From positions 96,001-160,000 of the forward strand of contig JBGPGO010000006.1 of the NCBI GenBank assembly GCA_041483895.1: a stretch of DNA of 64,000 bases, written 5' to 3'. Both the position numbers and the translations under genes were made by a program. The notes beneath the pieces are model-generated. The model saw only the letters and a list, made by a program, of their open reading frames with translations. It was not told the origin of the DNA and searched no databases. Positions within the stretch are counted from its first letter, which is position 1. The number at the start of each line of letters is the position of its first letter. Origin of the DNA: Fimbriimonadia bacterium (GTDB lineage: Bacteria; Armatimonadota; Fimbriimonadia; Fimbriimonadales; JABRVX01). This document shows positions 37,747-46,944 of this stretch, piece after piece.

Positions 37747-39171
37747 TCAGTGTCCGATATATATCCTGAGATATGTACTCCCCGAACCTGGACTTGAGCT
37801 GGTCCGGTGGACGAACACATCAGTTGCGGCGTTCGTGTCCCCGACGACCAGATTGTTCGCGTAGCTTTCAAAGGCGACATAGCGCCCGTCCGCGCTGATG
37901 AAAGTGCGGTCGCTGGCTGAGTTTCCTTGGACTCCGGAGGACGATACGGAGACCCGTTGCGTGGTTCTCGTCTCCCGATCGCGAACGAACACGTCGAGAT
38001 TGTTGTTCGTGTCTGGCTCGGATACCAGGTTGGTCGAGTAGCTTGTAAAGGCGACATTGTGCCCGTCCGCGCTGATGGAAGGTTCGGAGCTCGACCAATT
38101 TCCTTGCACCCCGGCGGAGGAGACGGAGACCAACTCCGTGGTTCCGGCCAGCCGGTCTCGTACGAACACGTCTCCCGAGCCGTTCCAATCCCCTGCTACC
38201 AGGTTGCTGGCGGCGCTCTGGAAGGCGACAAAGCGGCCGTCCGCACTGATGGATACACCGGATCCATTACTGCTGCTGTCCCCATTTCCCTGCACACCTG
38301 CGGTGGAGACCGAGACCCGCTCCGGGGTCCCCTCCAACCTATCCCGAACGAATACGTCCCAAGAAGCATTCGTGTCTCCGGATACCAGGTTGTTCGCTAG
38401 GCTGCTAAACGCGACATAGCGACCGTCCGCACTGATGGACACGTTCATGTAGTAGCCGCTGTATCCGTTTCCTTGCACCCCGGCGGAGGAGACGGAGACC
38501 AACTCCGTGGTTCCGGCCAGCCGATCCCGAACAAACACTTGGGCGCTTGCGGGGTTCGTGTAATCGGCGACCAGGTTGGTCGCATAGCTCCAAAAGGCGA
38601 CATAGCGCCCGTCCGCGCTGACGGAAGGATAGTAACTGCCATAATTTCCTGGTGTCCCAGACGAGGAAACAGAGATACGCTCCGTGGTCCCAAGCAGCCT
38701 GTCCCGAAGGATCACGTCATCGCTGCCATCGTGGCTCCCGGCTACAAGGTTGGTCGCGGCGCTCTCGAAGGCGACATAGCGCCCGTCGGCGCTGATGGAG
38801 ACGCCCCTTAAACCACTGTCTAAATTCCCTTGCTTCCCCGATGAGGACATGGAAACCCGCTCCGTTGTACCGGCCAGCCGGTCCCGAACAAATACGTCCT
38901 GTCGGCCGTTCGAGTCCCCAGGTACCAGATTGGTCGCTATGCTAGAAAAGGCGACATAGCGCCCATCCGCGCTCATGGATTTCACGCTGTAGTCCGAGCC
39001 GCTGTCCGAATTTCCTTGCGCCCCGGAGGAGGAGACGGATACGCGCACCGTCGTGCCTTGCTGCGCCATGCCGAAACTGATCAGGAACATGCCACCGACA
39101 ACCGTCCCGATCATCCGCGCGCAAAACGCTCCTAGCCAACATCGACCTCGCAAGCGCTTACACAAATTCAC
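37747..39171 (-). CDS. Secreted TolB-like/PD40 beta-propeller repeat protein, C-terminally truncated paralog of 39339-41135
   Basis: Repeats SISADGRYVAF.S.A.NLV.GDTN...DVFVRDRLAGTTERVS; stop soon after the last repeat; GTG start with SD ggaggg. Confidence 0.8.
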   Translation of the reverse strand: MNLCKRLRGRCWLGAFCARMIGTVVGGMFLISFGMAQQGTTVRVSVSSSGAQGNSDSGSDYSVKSMSADGRYVAFSSIATNLVPGDSNGRQDVFVRDRLAGTTERVSMSSSGKQGNLDSGLRGVSISADGRYVAFESAATNLVAGSHDGSDDVILRDRLLGTTERISVSSSGTPGNYGSYYPSVSADGRYVAFWSYATNLVADYTNPASAQVFVRDRLAGTTELVSVSSAGVQGNGYSGYYMNVSISADGRYVAFSSLANNLVSGDTNASWDVFVRDRLEGTPERVSVSTAGVQGNGDSSSNGSGVSISADGRFVAFQSAASNLVAGDWNGSGDVFVRDRLAGTTELVSVSSAGVQGNWSSSEPSISADGHNVAFTSYSTNLVSEPDTNNNLDVFVRDRETRTTQRVSVSSSGVQGNSASDRTFISADGRYVAFESYANNLVVGDTNAATDVFVHRTSSSPGSGSTYLRIYIGH

Positions 39172-39338
39172 GTTTCGCCCTCCAAACCAACACTGAATCG
39201 AACGGAAATGACTGCAAATCATCTTACCACGGTCCCCGCTGAATCGCCGGTCCCGGTTTTCGGCGGCGAGGGACCGCTGCCGAAGAGGTTGGCATAATCC
39301 AAAACGCGGTCACTGGTTTCGGGCGTCGCTTCCTACAG

Positions 39339-41135
39339 TTAAGGATCGCCGACAAGGCCGAAGTTGATGAAGATGATGTTGAGATCCCGGAGGTCAACCA
39401 CTCCGTCGCCCTGCACATCAGCAATTCCGCCGGATTCGCCATACGCGACGAACACCGCATTTACATCGTACAGATCCACTGCGTTGTTGCCATTGGCGTC
39501 CCCGATTTCAAATGCCATGTCTACCCCACTGACCGGCCCGGAACCGGCGTCAACCGGAACTGTGCGCCGAAGCCATGACAGCGTCTCAACACTCATATCC
39601 ATCTGTCGCGCGTAGGCCGTCACGGTGTATGCGCCGTCCGGAGCAACGATGGCGGTCCGGACGTCGAAAGGTGTGGTCTCGCCTTGGTTTCGAAATTCGA
39701 ACGGCACGTCTTCCGGCATTGGTCCAACGTAGTCCGGCGGCTGCAGCCAGCCGGTAATATTAACCTCCGCATCCCCCCATCCCGGCCCCGAACCGATCTG
39801 ATTGACGAAAACGTCCGCATCGCGATTGGTATCGCCAGAGACTAAATTTGTTGCTTCGCTTTGAAAAGCGATAAACCGCCCGTCCGCGCTGATGGAACCT
39901 ATTGACTCTGTGTAGCTCTGCAAATCCCCCTGCTCCCCGGAAGAGGAGACCGATATCCGCTCTGTGGTTCCAAGCAGCCGATCCCGGACATACACATCCC
40001 AATCGCCATTGGTATCCCCGTCTATCAGGTTGGTCGCGTAGCTACAAAACTCAACAAACCGCCCATCCTCGCTGATAGATATGCCGTTGAAACCCATGCT
40101 AGCCTTGTTGCCTTTGATCCCAGACGATGCGATTGAAACACACTCCGTGCTTCCAAGCAGCCGATCCCGGACAAATACGTCCTCGGCACCCGTATCTCCG
40201 CTCACCAGATTGCTTGCGTCGCTCACAAAAGCTACATAGCGTCCGTCGCCGCTGATGGAAGGACTCTTGCTGACAGCATTTCCTTGCTCAGCTATTGAGG
40301 AGACGGAAACCCGCTCTGTCACACCGGCCACTCGATCCCGAACGAACACGTCTAGATAGCCATTGGTATCACTGGCAACCAGATTGTTTGCGGTGCTATA
40401 AAATGCCACATAACGCCCATCCGCGCTGATCGATGCAAAGCGGCTCCCTGAATTGCCCTGAGCTCCAGAAGAATTGACGGAAACAAGTTCCGTGGTACCA
40501 GTCAGTCGATACCTCACAAACACATCGGCGACGTTATTCTTGTCCCCAACAACCAGGTTGCTGGCGTCACTCTCAAATGCGATATAGCGGCCATCCGGGC
40601 TCATAGCAGGATAGAAGCTCTCCCGATTCCCATGGTCCCCTGATGAAGAGACGGATATCAGTTCCGTAATTCCAGTAAGACGATCCCGGAGGAATATGTC
40701 AGCTTCTCCATTCGTGTCTTCGGGTACCAGGTTGGTCGCATAGCTCTCGAAGGCGACGTAGCGGCCGTCAGCACTGATGGAAGGAGCAAGGCTCTCGTTG
40801 TTACTTTCCCCGCCGGCCGACGAAACAGAGACTCGCTCTGTTGTCCCGAGCAGCCTGTCCCGAACGAACACGTCGCCGGAACTGTTCGTATCTCCGGACA
40901 TAAGATTATTCGAGTGGCTGCAAAAGGCGACATAGCGCCCGTCCGCGCTGATCGCAGCCTGTAAGCTGACCGCATTTCCCTGCGCCCCTGAATTCGTGAC
41001 GGACACTCGAACCGTCGTCCCTTGTTGAGCCATGCTGAGCCTGGCTAGGAAAACACCAGCAATCATCACCCCGAAAATCCGCGCGCAAAACACCTCTCGC
41101 CAGCCTCGACCCCGCGAATGCACAGACCGGTTCAT
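39339..41135 (-). CDS. Secreted TolB-like/PD40 beta-propeller protein with C-terminal dockerin-like EF-hand domain
   Basis: Same repeats as the neighbour; C-terminus GDANGNNAVDLYD..ADVQGDGVVDLRD; SD ggagg. Confidence 0.85.
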   Translation of the reverse strand: MNRSVHSRGRGWREVFCARIFGVMIAGVFLARLSMAQQGTTVRVSVTNSGAQGNAVSLQAAISADGRYVAFCSHSNNLMSGDTNSSGDVFVRDRLLGTTERVSVSSAGGESNNESLAPSISADGRYVAFESYATNLVPEDTNGEADIFLRDRLTGITELISVSSSGDHGNRESFYPAMSPDGRYIAFESDASNLVVGDKNNVADVFVRYRLTGTTELVSVNSSGAQGNSGSRFASISADGRYVAFYSTANNLVASDTNGYLDVFVRDRVAGVTERVSVSSIAEQGNAVSKSPSISGDGRYVAFVSDASNLVSGDTGAEDVFVRDRLLGSTECVSIASSGIKGNKASMGFNGISISEDGRFVEFCSYATNLIDGDTNGDWDVYVRDRLLGTTERISVSSSGEQGDLQSYTESIGSISADGRFIAFQSEATNLVSGDTNRDADVFVNQIGSGPGWGDAEVNITGWLQPPDYVGPMPEDVPFEFRNQGETTPFDVRTAIVAPDGAYTVTAYARQMDMSVETLSWLRRTVPVDAGSGPVSGVDMAFEIGDANGNNAVDLYDVNAVFVAYGESGGIADVQGDGVVDLRDLNIIFINFGLVGDP

Positions 41136-41223
41136 AGTTCGACCTCCTACCCTTCTCTGATTCGCACGCAATAAACTGAAATCCATCTTACCACGCACCT
41201 GGCCAATTCGCCAGACTCTGGAT

Positions 41224-41474
41224 GTGTTGGGGTCCACTGCCATCGATTGCCCCCAACTTCCGCCAAGGTAGACCTCAACACGAGCGGCTTCGAGTGTCGG
41301 GGTCTTGGGTATTGGCGCGCGATGGGTGGTCGGAAACAGTGAACCCCGACACATCTCGTTGAAACCCGGCGCTCGATGAGTGGTCGGAAACAGTGAACCC
41401 CGACACATCGCATAGGACATATAGGTCGTCTGGGTCCCATACGACCTATACGACCTATACGACCTATACGACAT
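41224..41474. repeat. Two hairpins and a half copy of the RAYT-flanking family, followed by a 9-bp array
   Basis: 41224-41281 (minus), 41294-41352 (plus), half copy to 41406; ATAGGACAT/ATAGGTCGT then (ATACGACCT)x3 at 41412-41474. Confidence 0.8.
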
Positions 41475-41545
41475 CCGGGGCCGAGACCGGCAAGACCACC
41501 GCATGGCATCCCGGACCCGCCGACCGGGTACCCTTGTATCCCGCT

Positions 41546-42559
41546 ATGAACCTACTGTTCGGACAACCGCGCGTGGAACTGGTGCCATGGACGGAATGCA
41601 CCGTCGCCATCGGCCATTTCGACGGCGTGCATAAGGGCCACCAGGCGCTGATCGCGATGGCGGTGCAAGACGCGCGCGAACATGGCAGGCCGTGCGTCGT
41701 CGTCACGTTCGATCGCAACCCGCTGGAGGTCGTGGGGCGCGCAACGGACACCGCCAACCCCGTAGACGCGGGCCGGATAGCCGATACCCAGCCAACCACT
41801 GCCCACGAAGACCCGCGCCACTGCCCGCCCTATCTCTGCACCCTCGCGCAACGGCTGGAGCGGATTGCGCTTTCCGGCGCGGACCACACCCTCGTCTTGC
41901 CGTTCGATACGGCGCTGTCTCAAATCCACTGGATGGAATTTGCGAAGAGTCTGCTAAGAGATGGGCTGCACTGCCGGCACCTGGTCGCCGGGCACGACTT
42001 CCATTTCGGCCACGGTCGCGAGGGCAGCATCGCGCGCGTGCAGGAACATCGCGAGGAGCTGCAAATGGACGCCACCGCGATGGAGCCGGCGCTGGACAAT
42101 GGACACCGGGTCAGCAGCACGGATATCCGCGCGGCCCTTCTGGACGGAAAAGTGAGGCAAGCGGCGAGTTGGCTGGGCCGATACTACGAGCTGATCGGCG
42201 TGGTGATGCCGGGAGACGCCGTGGGCCGAACATTGGGTTACCCAACCGTCAACCTCTCCCTGCTCGCCCGGCTTGTGATTCCGGCGGACGGCGTGTACGC
42301 GGCATGGGCAAAGGTGGAAGCAACGCGATACGCCGCCGCGGTTTCTATTGGAAGCCGTCCCACGCTGGGAGATGGTCCCCGGTTGGTGGAGGCATTCTTG
42401 TTGGACTACGCGGGCGGCGATCTATATGGCAGAAACGTGACGCTGCAGTTCGTCGAGCGGATCCGAGAGCAAAGGCGGTACGAGACCCTGGAAGCGCTCA
42501 CCGGCCAGATCGAGCAGGATGTCCTCGACTGCGTGAAGGTTCTGGAAGCCAGCCCTTAG
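41546..42559 (+). CDS. ribF: Bifunctional riboflavin kinase / FAD synthetase with an internal insertion
   Basis: IGHFDGVHKGHQ, GHDFHFG, VSSTDIR, GRTLGYPTVN, PADGVYA, IGSRPT, VEAFLLD. Confidence 0.93.
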   Translation: MNLLFGQPRVELVPWTECTVAIGHFDGVHKGHQALIAMAVQDAREHGRPCVVVTFDRNPLEVVGRATDTANPVDAGRIADTQPTTAHEDPRHCPPYLCTLAQRLERIALSGADHTLVLPFDTALSQIHWMEFAKSLLRDGLHCRHLVAGHDFHFGHGREGSIARVQEHREELQMDATAMEPALDNGHRVSSTDIRAALLDGKVRQAASWLGRYYELIGVVMPGDAVGRTLGYPTVNLSLLARLVIPADGVYAAWAKVEATRYAAAVSIGSRPTLGDGPRLVEAFLLDYAGGDLYGRNVTLQFVERIREQRRYETLEALTGQIEQDVLDCVKVLEASP

Positions 42560-43947
42560 AGCGTCGTCACCTTCAGAATCCATTTCGCGATCGTCTCCAA
42601 AGCCTGCGGCGCCATCGTCTCCTCAATCGTCGCGTACTCAGCGGGCGATCCGGTCTTCGCTGTTTGGAACAGATGATTCAGTTTGGGAAATTCCTTGATT
42701 GTGTAGTTGGTGTTTCCCCCGGACTTCAATGCCGTTTCGATGGCAGCCAAGTCCTCTTTGGGCGGGACCTGCAGGTCCAGTTCGCCGTTGATCGCCAGTA
42801 CCGGGCATTTCACTTTCTTCATGGTTGGAGCAGGATCATACGTCAAGAAATACCGGAACCAGGGCGAGCCTATGACGCGCGCCTGCGTTTCCACAGCGGT
42901 CTTCCGATCGGCGTCGCTCAGCGTTGGCGCTTGGAACTTTATGAGCGCTTCCAGTTTCTCACGGAGCGTCGCCTCATCCGCGCCCGCTTTCATGGCTTCG
43001 TACAAGGTGCTTGCGTTCTTTTCGTTCTCCTTGATTTTCTCTTCCGGCGCGCCGGCTGCCTTGGAAATAAGCGCGGTCTGCATCTTGAGAATCTGCTCGC
43101 CCGTAAGGCCGGTCCCGGCCATCAGAACGATGTAGGCAACATCCGCGGTTTTGACGGCCACCATGGGCGCGATCATGCCCCCCTCGCTGTGCCCGATCAG
43201 GCCGATTCGCTTTGGGTCGATATCTTTACGTGTCTTCAGGTATTCGACGCCCGCCAGCACATCAGTGGCAAAGTCGGCGGAAGTCGCCTTGTTGGGATCG
43301 CCCGTAGAACCGCCGACGCCGCGATCATCGACCCGAAGAACGGCGATGCCACGCCGCGTGAGATAGTCCGCGAGCACCAGGAACGGCTTGTGGCCCAGCA
43401 GCGATTCGTCGCGATCCTGCGCGCCCGAACCGGTTATCAGAAGCACGACGGGGAATTTGACATTGGTGTTGAGACGGGTGAATGTCCCCGCAATCTTGTT
43501 GCCCTGCGCCTTGTTCTCGTACGTCACATCTTCTTCGTGGTACGGGTATGGCTTTTTGGGCATCTGGGGACGCTTGAGTTCGGCGGGCTTATCCTTCTTA
43601 ACAATCGTGAGCGGCAGCGTCGTTCCCGCTTGCTTCCATTCGCCGACGATCTGCTTTTTGTCGTCGCTGATCTTGCCTTCGAATTTCGCCGACAGGGCTT
43701 TCATCTCGATAGTTACGGCGCCGTTCTCAATGGTGACGGAATCCGTCGGCAAACCCATCGCGCCCTGAGTGACGCTGTCCACCTTGCATGTGTACTTGCC
43801 ATCCTTTGAATCGATGTGGAATCCGAGCACCAACTTGGCGCCTCCAACATCGAGAGCACCTTCCCAGTATCCGGCAAGGTCGTCTGCCTTAGCCATCGGC
43901 TGGCATCCCAAACACAACGTCCCGATCAAGACCGCTATTCGCCACAT
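42556..43947 (-). CDS. Secreted alpha/beta hydrolase
   Basis: GSGAQDRDE, RVDDRGVGGS, GHSEGG nucleophile elbow, NGELDLQV, LNHLFQ. Confidence 0.9.
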   Translation of the reverse strand: MWRIAVLIGTLCLGCQPMAKADDLAGYWEGALDVGGAKLVLGFHIDSKDGKYTCKVDSVTQGAMGLPTDSVTIENGAVTIEMKALSAKFEGKISDDKKQIVGEWKQAGTTLPLTIVKKDKPAELKRPQMPKKPYPYHEEDVTYENKAQGNKIAGTFTRLNTNVKFPVVLLITGSGAQDRDESLLGHKPFLVLADYLTRRGIAVLRVDDRGVGGSTGDPNKATSADFATDVLAGVEYLKTRKDIDPKRIGLIGHSEGGMIAPMVAVKTADVAYIVLMAGTGLTGEQILKMQTALISKAAGAPEEKIKENEKNASTLYEAMKAGADEATLREKLEALIKFQAPTLSDADRKTAVETQARVIGSPWFRYFLTYDPAPTMKKVKCPVLAINGELDLQVPPKEDLAAIETALKSGGNTNYTIKEFPKLNHLFQTAKTGSPAEYATIEETMAPQALETIAKWILKVTTL

Positions 43948-44031
43948 TGCGCAACTCCTTCGTCATTGAATTCTAACGATAACTACTTGTGCCGACCACT
44001 GCCGCGTTGCAGAATAGGTCCCTGCACGAAC

Positions 44032-44376
44032 CTATCCCGGGGGCCAGTGCATCCGGCGCCCGCCCATCATATGCGCGTGCAGATGATCGACCGTCTGTCC
44101 CCCGTCTTCGTTTACATTGAACACGACCCGATACCCGTCCGCCGCGAACTCCTGCCTCCTCGCGACCTCGGCAACGGCAAGCATCATCTCCCCAATCAAC
44201 GATTGATCCTCCTCGGATGCCTTATCGAGGTTGATAATGTGCTTTCGCGGCACAACCAGGATATGATGCGGCGCCTTCGGATTGGTATCTTCAAATACCA
44301 TCGTGCCCTGGGTCTCATGAACGACCGTCGCCGGGATCTCCCCGTTGACAATTTTGCAGAATATGCAGTTGCTCAA
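44032..44376 (-). CDS. HIT family nucleotide-binding protein (HinT-like)
   Basis: CIFCKIV.GEIP, GGQTVDHLHAHMMGG. Confidence 0.93.
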   Translation of the reverse strand: MSNCIFCKIVNGEIPATVVHETQGTMVFEDTNPKAPHHILVVPRKHIINLDKASEEDQSLIGEMMLAVAEVARRQEFAADGYRVVFNVNEDGGQTVDHLHAHMMGGRRMHWPPG

Positions 44377-45698
44377 ACTCTCTCCTCCAATAGCGGCAGC
44401 CTCAGGGCCGTCTCAGAAACCACCTCACCGGCCACGCATGACATGTGCAGTTCATCCAGCCGGACCGTCACCAACTGGCCGCAGATGCTTTGGGGACCGG
44501 GGAACCGCACCTCGATGTAGTTGTCCGTAAAGCCACGCAACAGTCCGCCTCCGGGTACCGGCCCCTCCGCCAACACTCGCATTTCACGGCCCAAAAATTG
44601 GCGGCGGAATTCTGTGCCCGTTTCGGTCACCAATTCTGTGAGTCGCTTGCTGCGCTCGGCCTTGATATCCCCGTGCACCGGATCCCCCATTTTCTCCGCC
44701 GGGGTTCCGGGACGTGGGGAGTATCGGAACACATGGGCCGACAAATACCCGACCTGCCTCGCGACGTCTAACGTTTTTTCGAATCCTTCCTCATCTTCGG
44801 ATGGAAAACCGACCATGATGTCCGTCGTCAGCCCGACGCCGGGGATCATCGCTTTCGCGGCGAGACACAGATCGATGTAGTCTTGGCGCAGATACGGACG
44901 GTTCATGTCGCGCAGCACTCGGTCGTCGCCCGCCTGCAAGGGGATGTGCAGATGCGGACAGATTTTGCGCTCCCGACGCATGAGGTCCAACAGCTTCGGC
45001 GTCACCTGGGTCAGCTCGATGGAACTGATCCGGATGCGCTCCAATCCAATTGTGGCGGCCAGTTTTTCGATCAGGTCCGGCAGGTCCGGGCCACCGCTTC
45101 CATCGCGAGGACCGTAGTCGCCGATGAGAACGCCGGTCAAAACCACTTCCAGATATCCGCGATTGGCCAGCTTGCGCACTTCCTCCACAACCTCCTCCCA
45201 CGGGCGGCTGAACTGGTGGGGCCGCGTGTAGGGGATGGAGCAGTACGAACAGAAAATGTTGCATCCGTTCTGGAGCTTGACCGTCGCTCTGGTTCTGCCT
45301 GCGGGGCGCGCTTGATCGGCGGGCCTCGGTTCGCGCGCGGCGCGATCCCCGAATTCAGGAAATTCGGAGAACAGGTAGTCGAGGGTCAGCAGCTTATCTC
45401 TGTTGGGCACCACGAGGTCCGCAGCGGGAAAATCCTCTCCACGGCGCTTGGCCATTTCGCCCGCGCAGCCGGTTACGACCACTTTTGCGTCCGGGTTCTG
45501 CTTTGCGGCGCGGCGGGCGGTCTGGCGGGACTTGCTCTCCCCGGCCTGCGTCACGGAGCAGGTGTTGATGACGTACACATCCGCCCGATCGGTGAAGGGG
45601 ACGATTGCGAAACCGGCCTCCTCGAAGGATTCGAGAATCCGCTGGGTTTCGTACTGATTGACCTTGCAGCCGAGCGTTGTGAACGCCGCCGTAACCAT
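44373..45698 (-). CDS. mtaB: tRNA t6A37 methylthiotransferase
   Basis: TLGCKVNQYET, NTCSVT, RTRATVKLQNGCNIFCSYCSIPYTR, RIRISSIE. Confidence 0.92.
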   Translation of the reverse strand: MVTAAFTTLGCKVNQYETQRILESFEEAGFAIVPFTDRADVYVINTCSVTQAGESKSRQTARRAAKQNPDAKVVVTGCAGEMAKRRGEDFPAADLVVPNRDKLLTLDYLFSEFPEFGDRAAREPRPADQARPAGRTRATVKLQNGCNIFCSYCSIPYTRPHQFSRPWEEVVEEVRKLANRGYLEVVLTGVLIGDYGPRDGSGGPDLPDLIEKLAATIGLERIRISSIELTQVTPKLLDLMRRERKICPHLHIPLQAGDDRVLRDMNRPYLRQDYIDLCLAAKAMIPGVGLTTDIMVGFPSEDEEGFEKTLDVARQVGYLSAHVFRYSPRPGTPAEKMGDPVHGDIKAERSKRLTELVTETGTEFRRQFLGREMRVLAEGPVPGGGLLRGFTDNYIEVRFPGPQSICGQLVTVRLDELHMSCVAGEVVSETALRLPLLEERV

Positions 45699-45753
45699 AG
45701 CGCCGAATCTACCCCAAGCCCAATGAGCGACCATCGAGAGGTGTATTCCCGGC

Positions 45754-45791
45754 ATAGGTCCTATATGTCCTATAGGTCTTATACGTCCTAT
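45754..45791. repeat. 9-bp tandem array (ATAGGTCCT-type, four units)
   Basis: ATAGGTCCT ATATGTCCT ATAGGTCTT ATACGTCCT between divergent mtaB and lpxK. Confidence 0.7.
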
Positions 45792-45821
45792 GATTCCGCC
45801 ACGAGCAAGCCATAATGCGCT

Positions 45822-46862
45822 GTGGATTGGCCGGGGATATGGGACGGAAGGGGTGTGGGCGCGAGGGCGACAAGGGCGCTCCTCTGGCCGCTATCGCTGC
45901 TCTACGCACTGGGCTGGCGATGCTACGCCGGTTGGTACCGGCTCGGTTTCAAAAAGCGCCGGAAGCCGGACTTTCCGATCATCGGCATCGGCAGCCTGCT
46001 CGTCGGCGGCTCCGGCAAGACCCCCGCGACGATTGCGCTTGCAAAACTGCTTCTGTATGTTGGCTACCGTCCCGCGATCAGCTGCAGCGGGTATGGAGGC
46101 GACGGGCGGCTGCGTGTTTTGGAGCCAGGGGAGACCGCGCTGACGGAGCAGGTCGGTGACGAGGCCGTCGAAATCCGCGAGGCCTTGCCAACCGTTCCCA
46201 TCGTTGTCGGTCGTAATCGCCTTACCGCGGCGGAGCTGATCGCGGCAAGAGCGGATTGCCACGCGCTGATTTTGGATGACGGCTTTCAGCATCTTCCGTT
46301 GGCGCGCGACGTGGATTTCCTCGTAATGGACGCCGAGCGGCCATTCGGGAACGGGCTGTGCCTTCCGGCCGGGCCGCTTCGGGAGCCACGCTCCTTTTTC
46401 CGGCGGGCCCACGCCGTCTTGAGCGACCGGGACGTCGGCTTCCGCCTGACCTATCCCATGCAACGGCAGCCGGTCGAACTGCGCTCTTTGGCCGGTGAGC
46501 GGCAAGATCTGGAATGGCTCAAAGGTAAAAGCGTGACCGCCCTGAGCGCGCTCGGAAACCCCAGGCGATTTGAGGCCGCTCTGACCGAATTCGGAGCCAC
46601 GGTAACGCCTTGCAGATTTCCCGACCACCATCACTACCGCGCCGAAGACCTGCGGGGCCTGACCGAGCCGATTGTTACAACGGCGAAGGACGCCGTCAAA
46701 TTGCGGCCCCTGAAACCGGAAGCGGAGATTTGGGTGCTGATCGAAGAAGCCACGTTCCTCACTCCCGAGGAACTGATCGCCTTCCTTATCGATCGGACGC
46801 GAATGGACATGAGGATCGTTACTCCAGCCGAAAACACTCCCTCCCTGCCATTTAGGGGGTAG
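45822..46862 (+). CDS. lpxK: Tetraacyldisaccharide 4'-kinase
   Basis: IGSLLVGGSGKTP, GDEA, ILDDGFQH, LPAGPLRE, FPDHHHY, TTAKDAVKL. Confidence 0.92.
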   Translation: MDWPGIWDGRGVGARATRALLWPLSLLYALGWRCYAGWYRLGFKKRRKPDFPIIGIGSLLVGGSGKTPATIALAKLLLYVGYRPAISCSGYGGDGRLRVLEPGETALTEQVGDEAVEIREALPTVPIVVGRNRLTAAELIAARADCHALILDDGFQHLPLARDVDFLVMDAERPFGNGLCLPAGPLREPRSFFRRAHAVLSDRDVGFRLTYPMQRQPVELRSLAGERQDLEWLKGKSVTALSALGNPRRFEAALTEFGATVTPCRFPDHHHYRAEDLRGLTEPIVTTAKDAVKLRPLKPEAEIWVLIEEATFLTPEELIAFLIDRTRMDMRIVTPAENTPSLPFRG

Positions 46863-46944
46863 AGGGAGGTTCGTGTCCGTTGACAATCATTGCTCAAATA
46901 TGCAAAGATTTAGGTTCAATTCCCCCTGCACGGAGAGATAGACA

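Noticed and set aside
37800..41020. Internal nucleotide repeats as a DGR template/variable repeat pair
   Set aside because: They are coding beta-propeller repeats; there is no reverse transcriptase and I noticed no adenine-specific mismatch pattern.
41136..41545. N-terminal extensions of ORFs 39339-41504 and 41393-42559 (SYRSYR / TTYTTY)
   Set aside because: They are translations of the 9-mer arrays and REPs; better starts lie at 41135 and 41546.
41692..43809. 705-aa plus-strand ORF and many other long overlapping ORFs
   Set aside because: Shadow frames of ribF, the hydrolase and other genes in GC-rich DNA, with no recognisable motifs.
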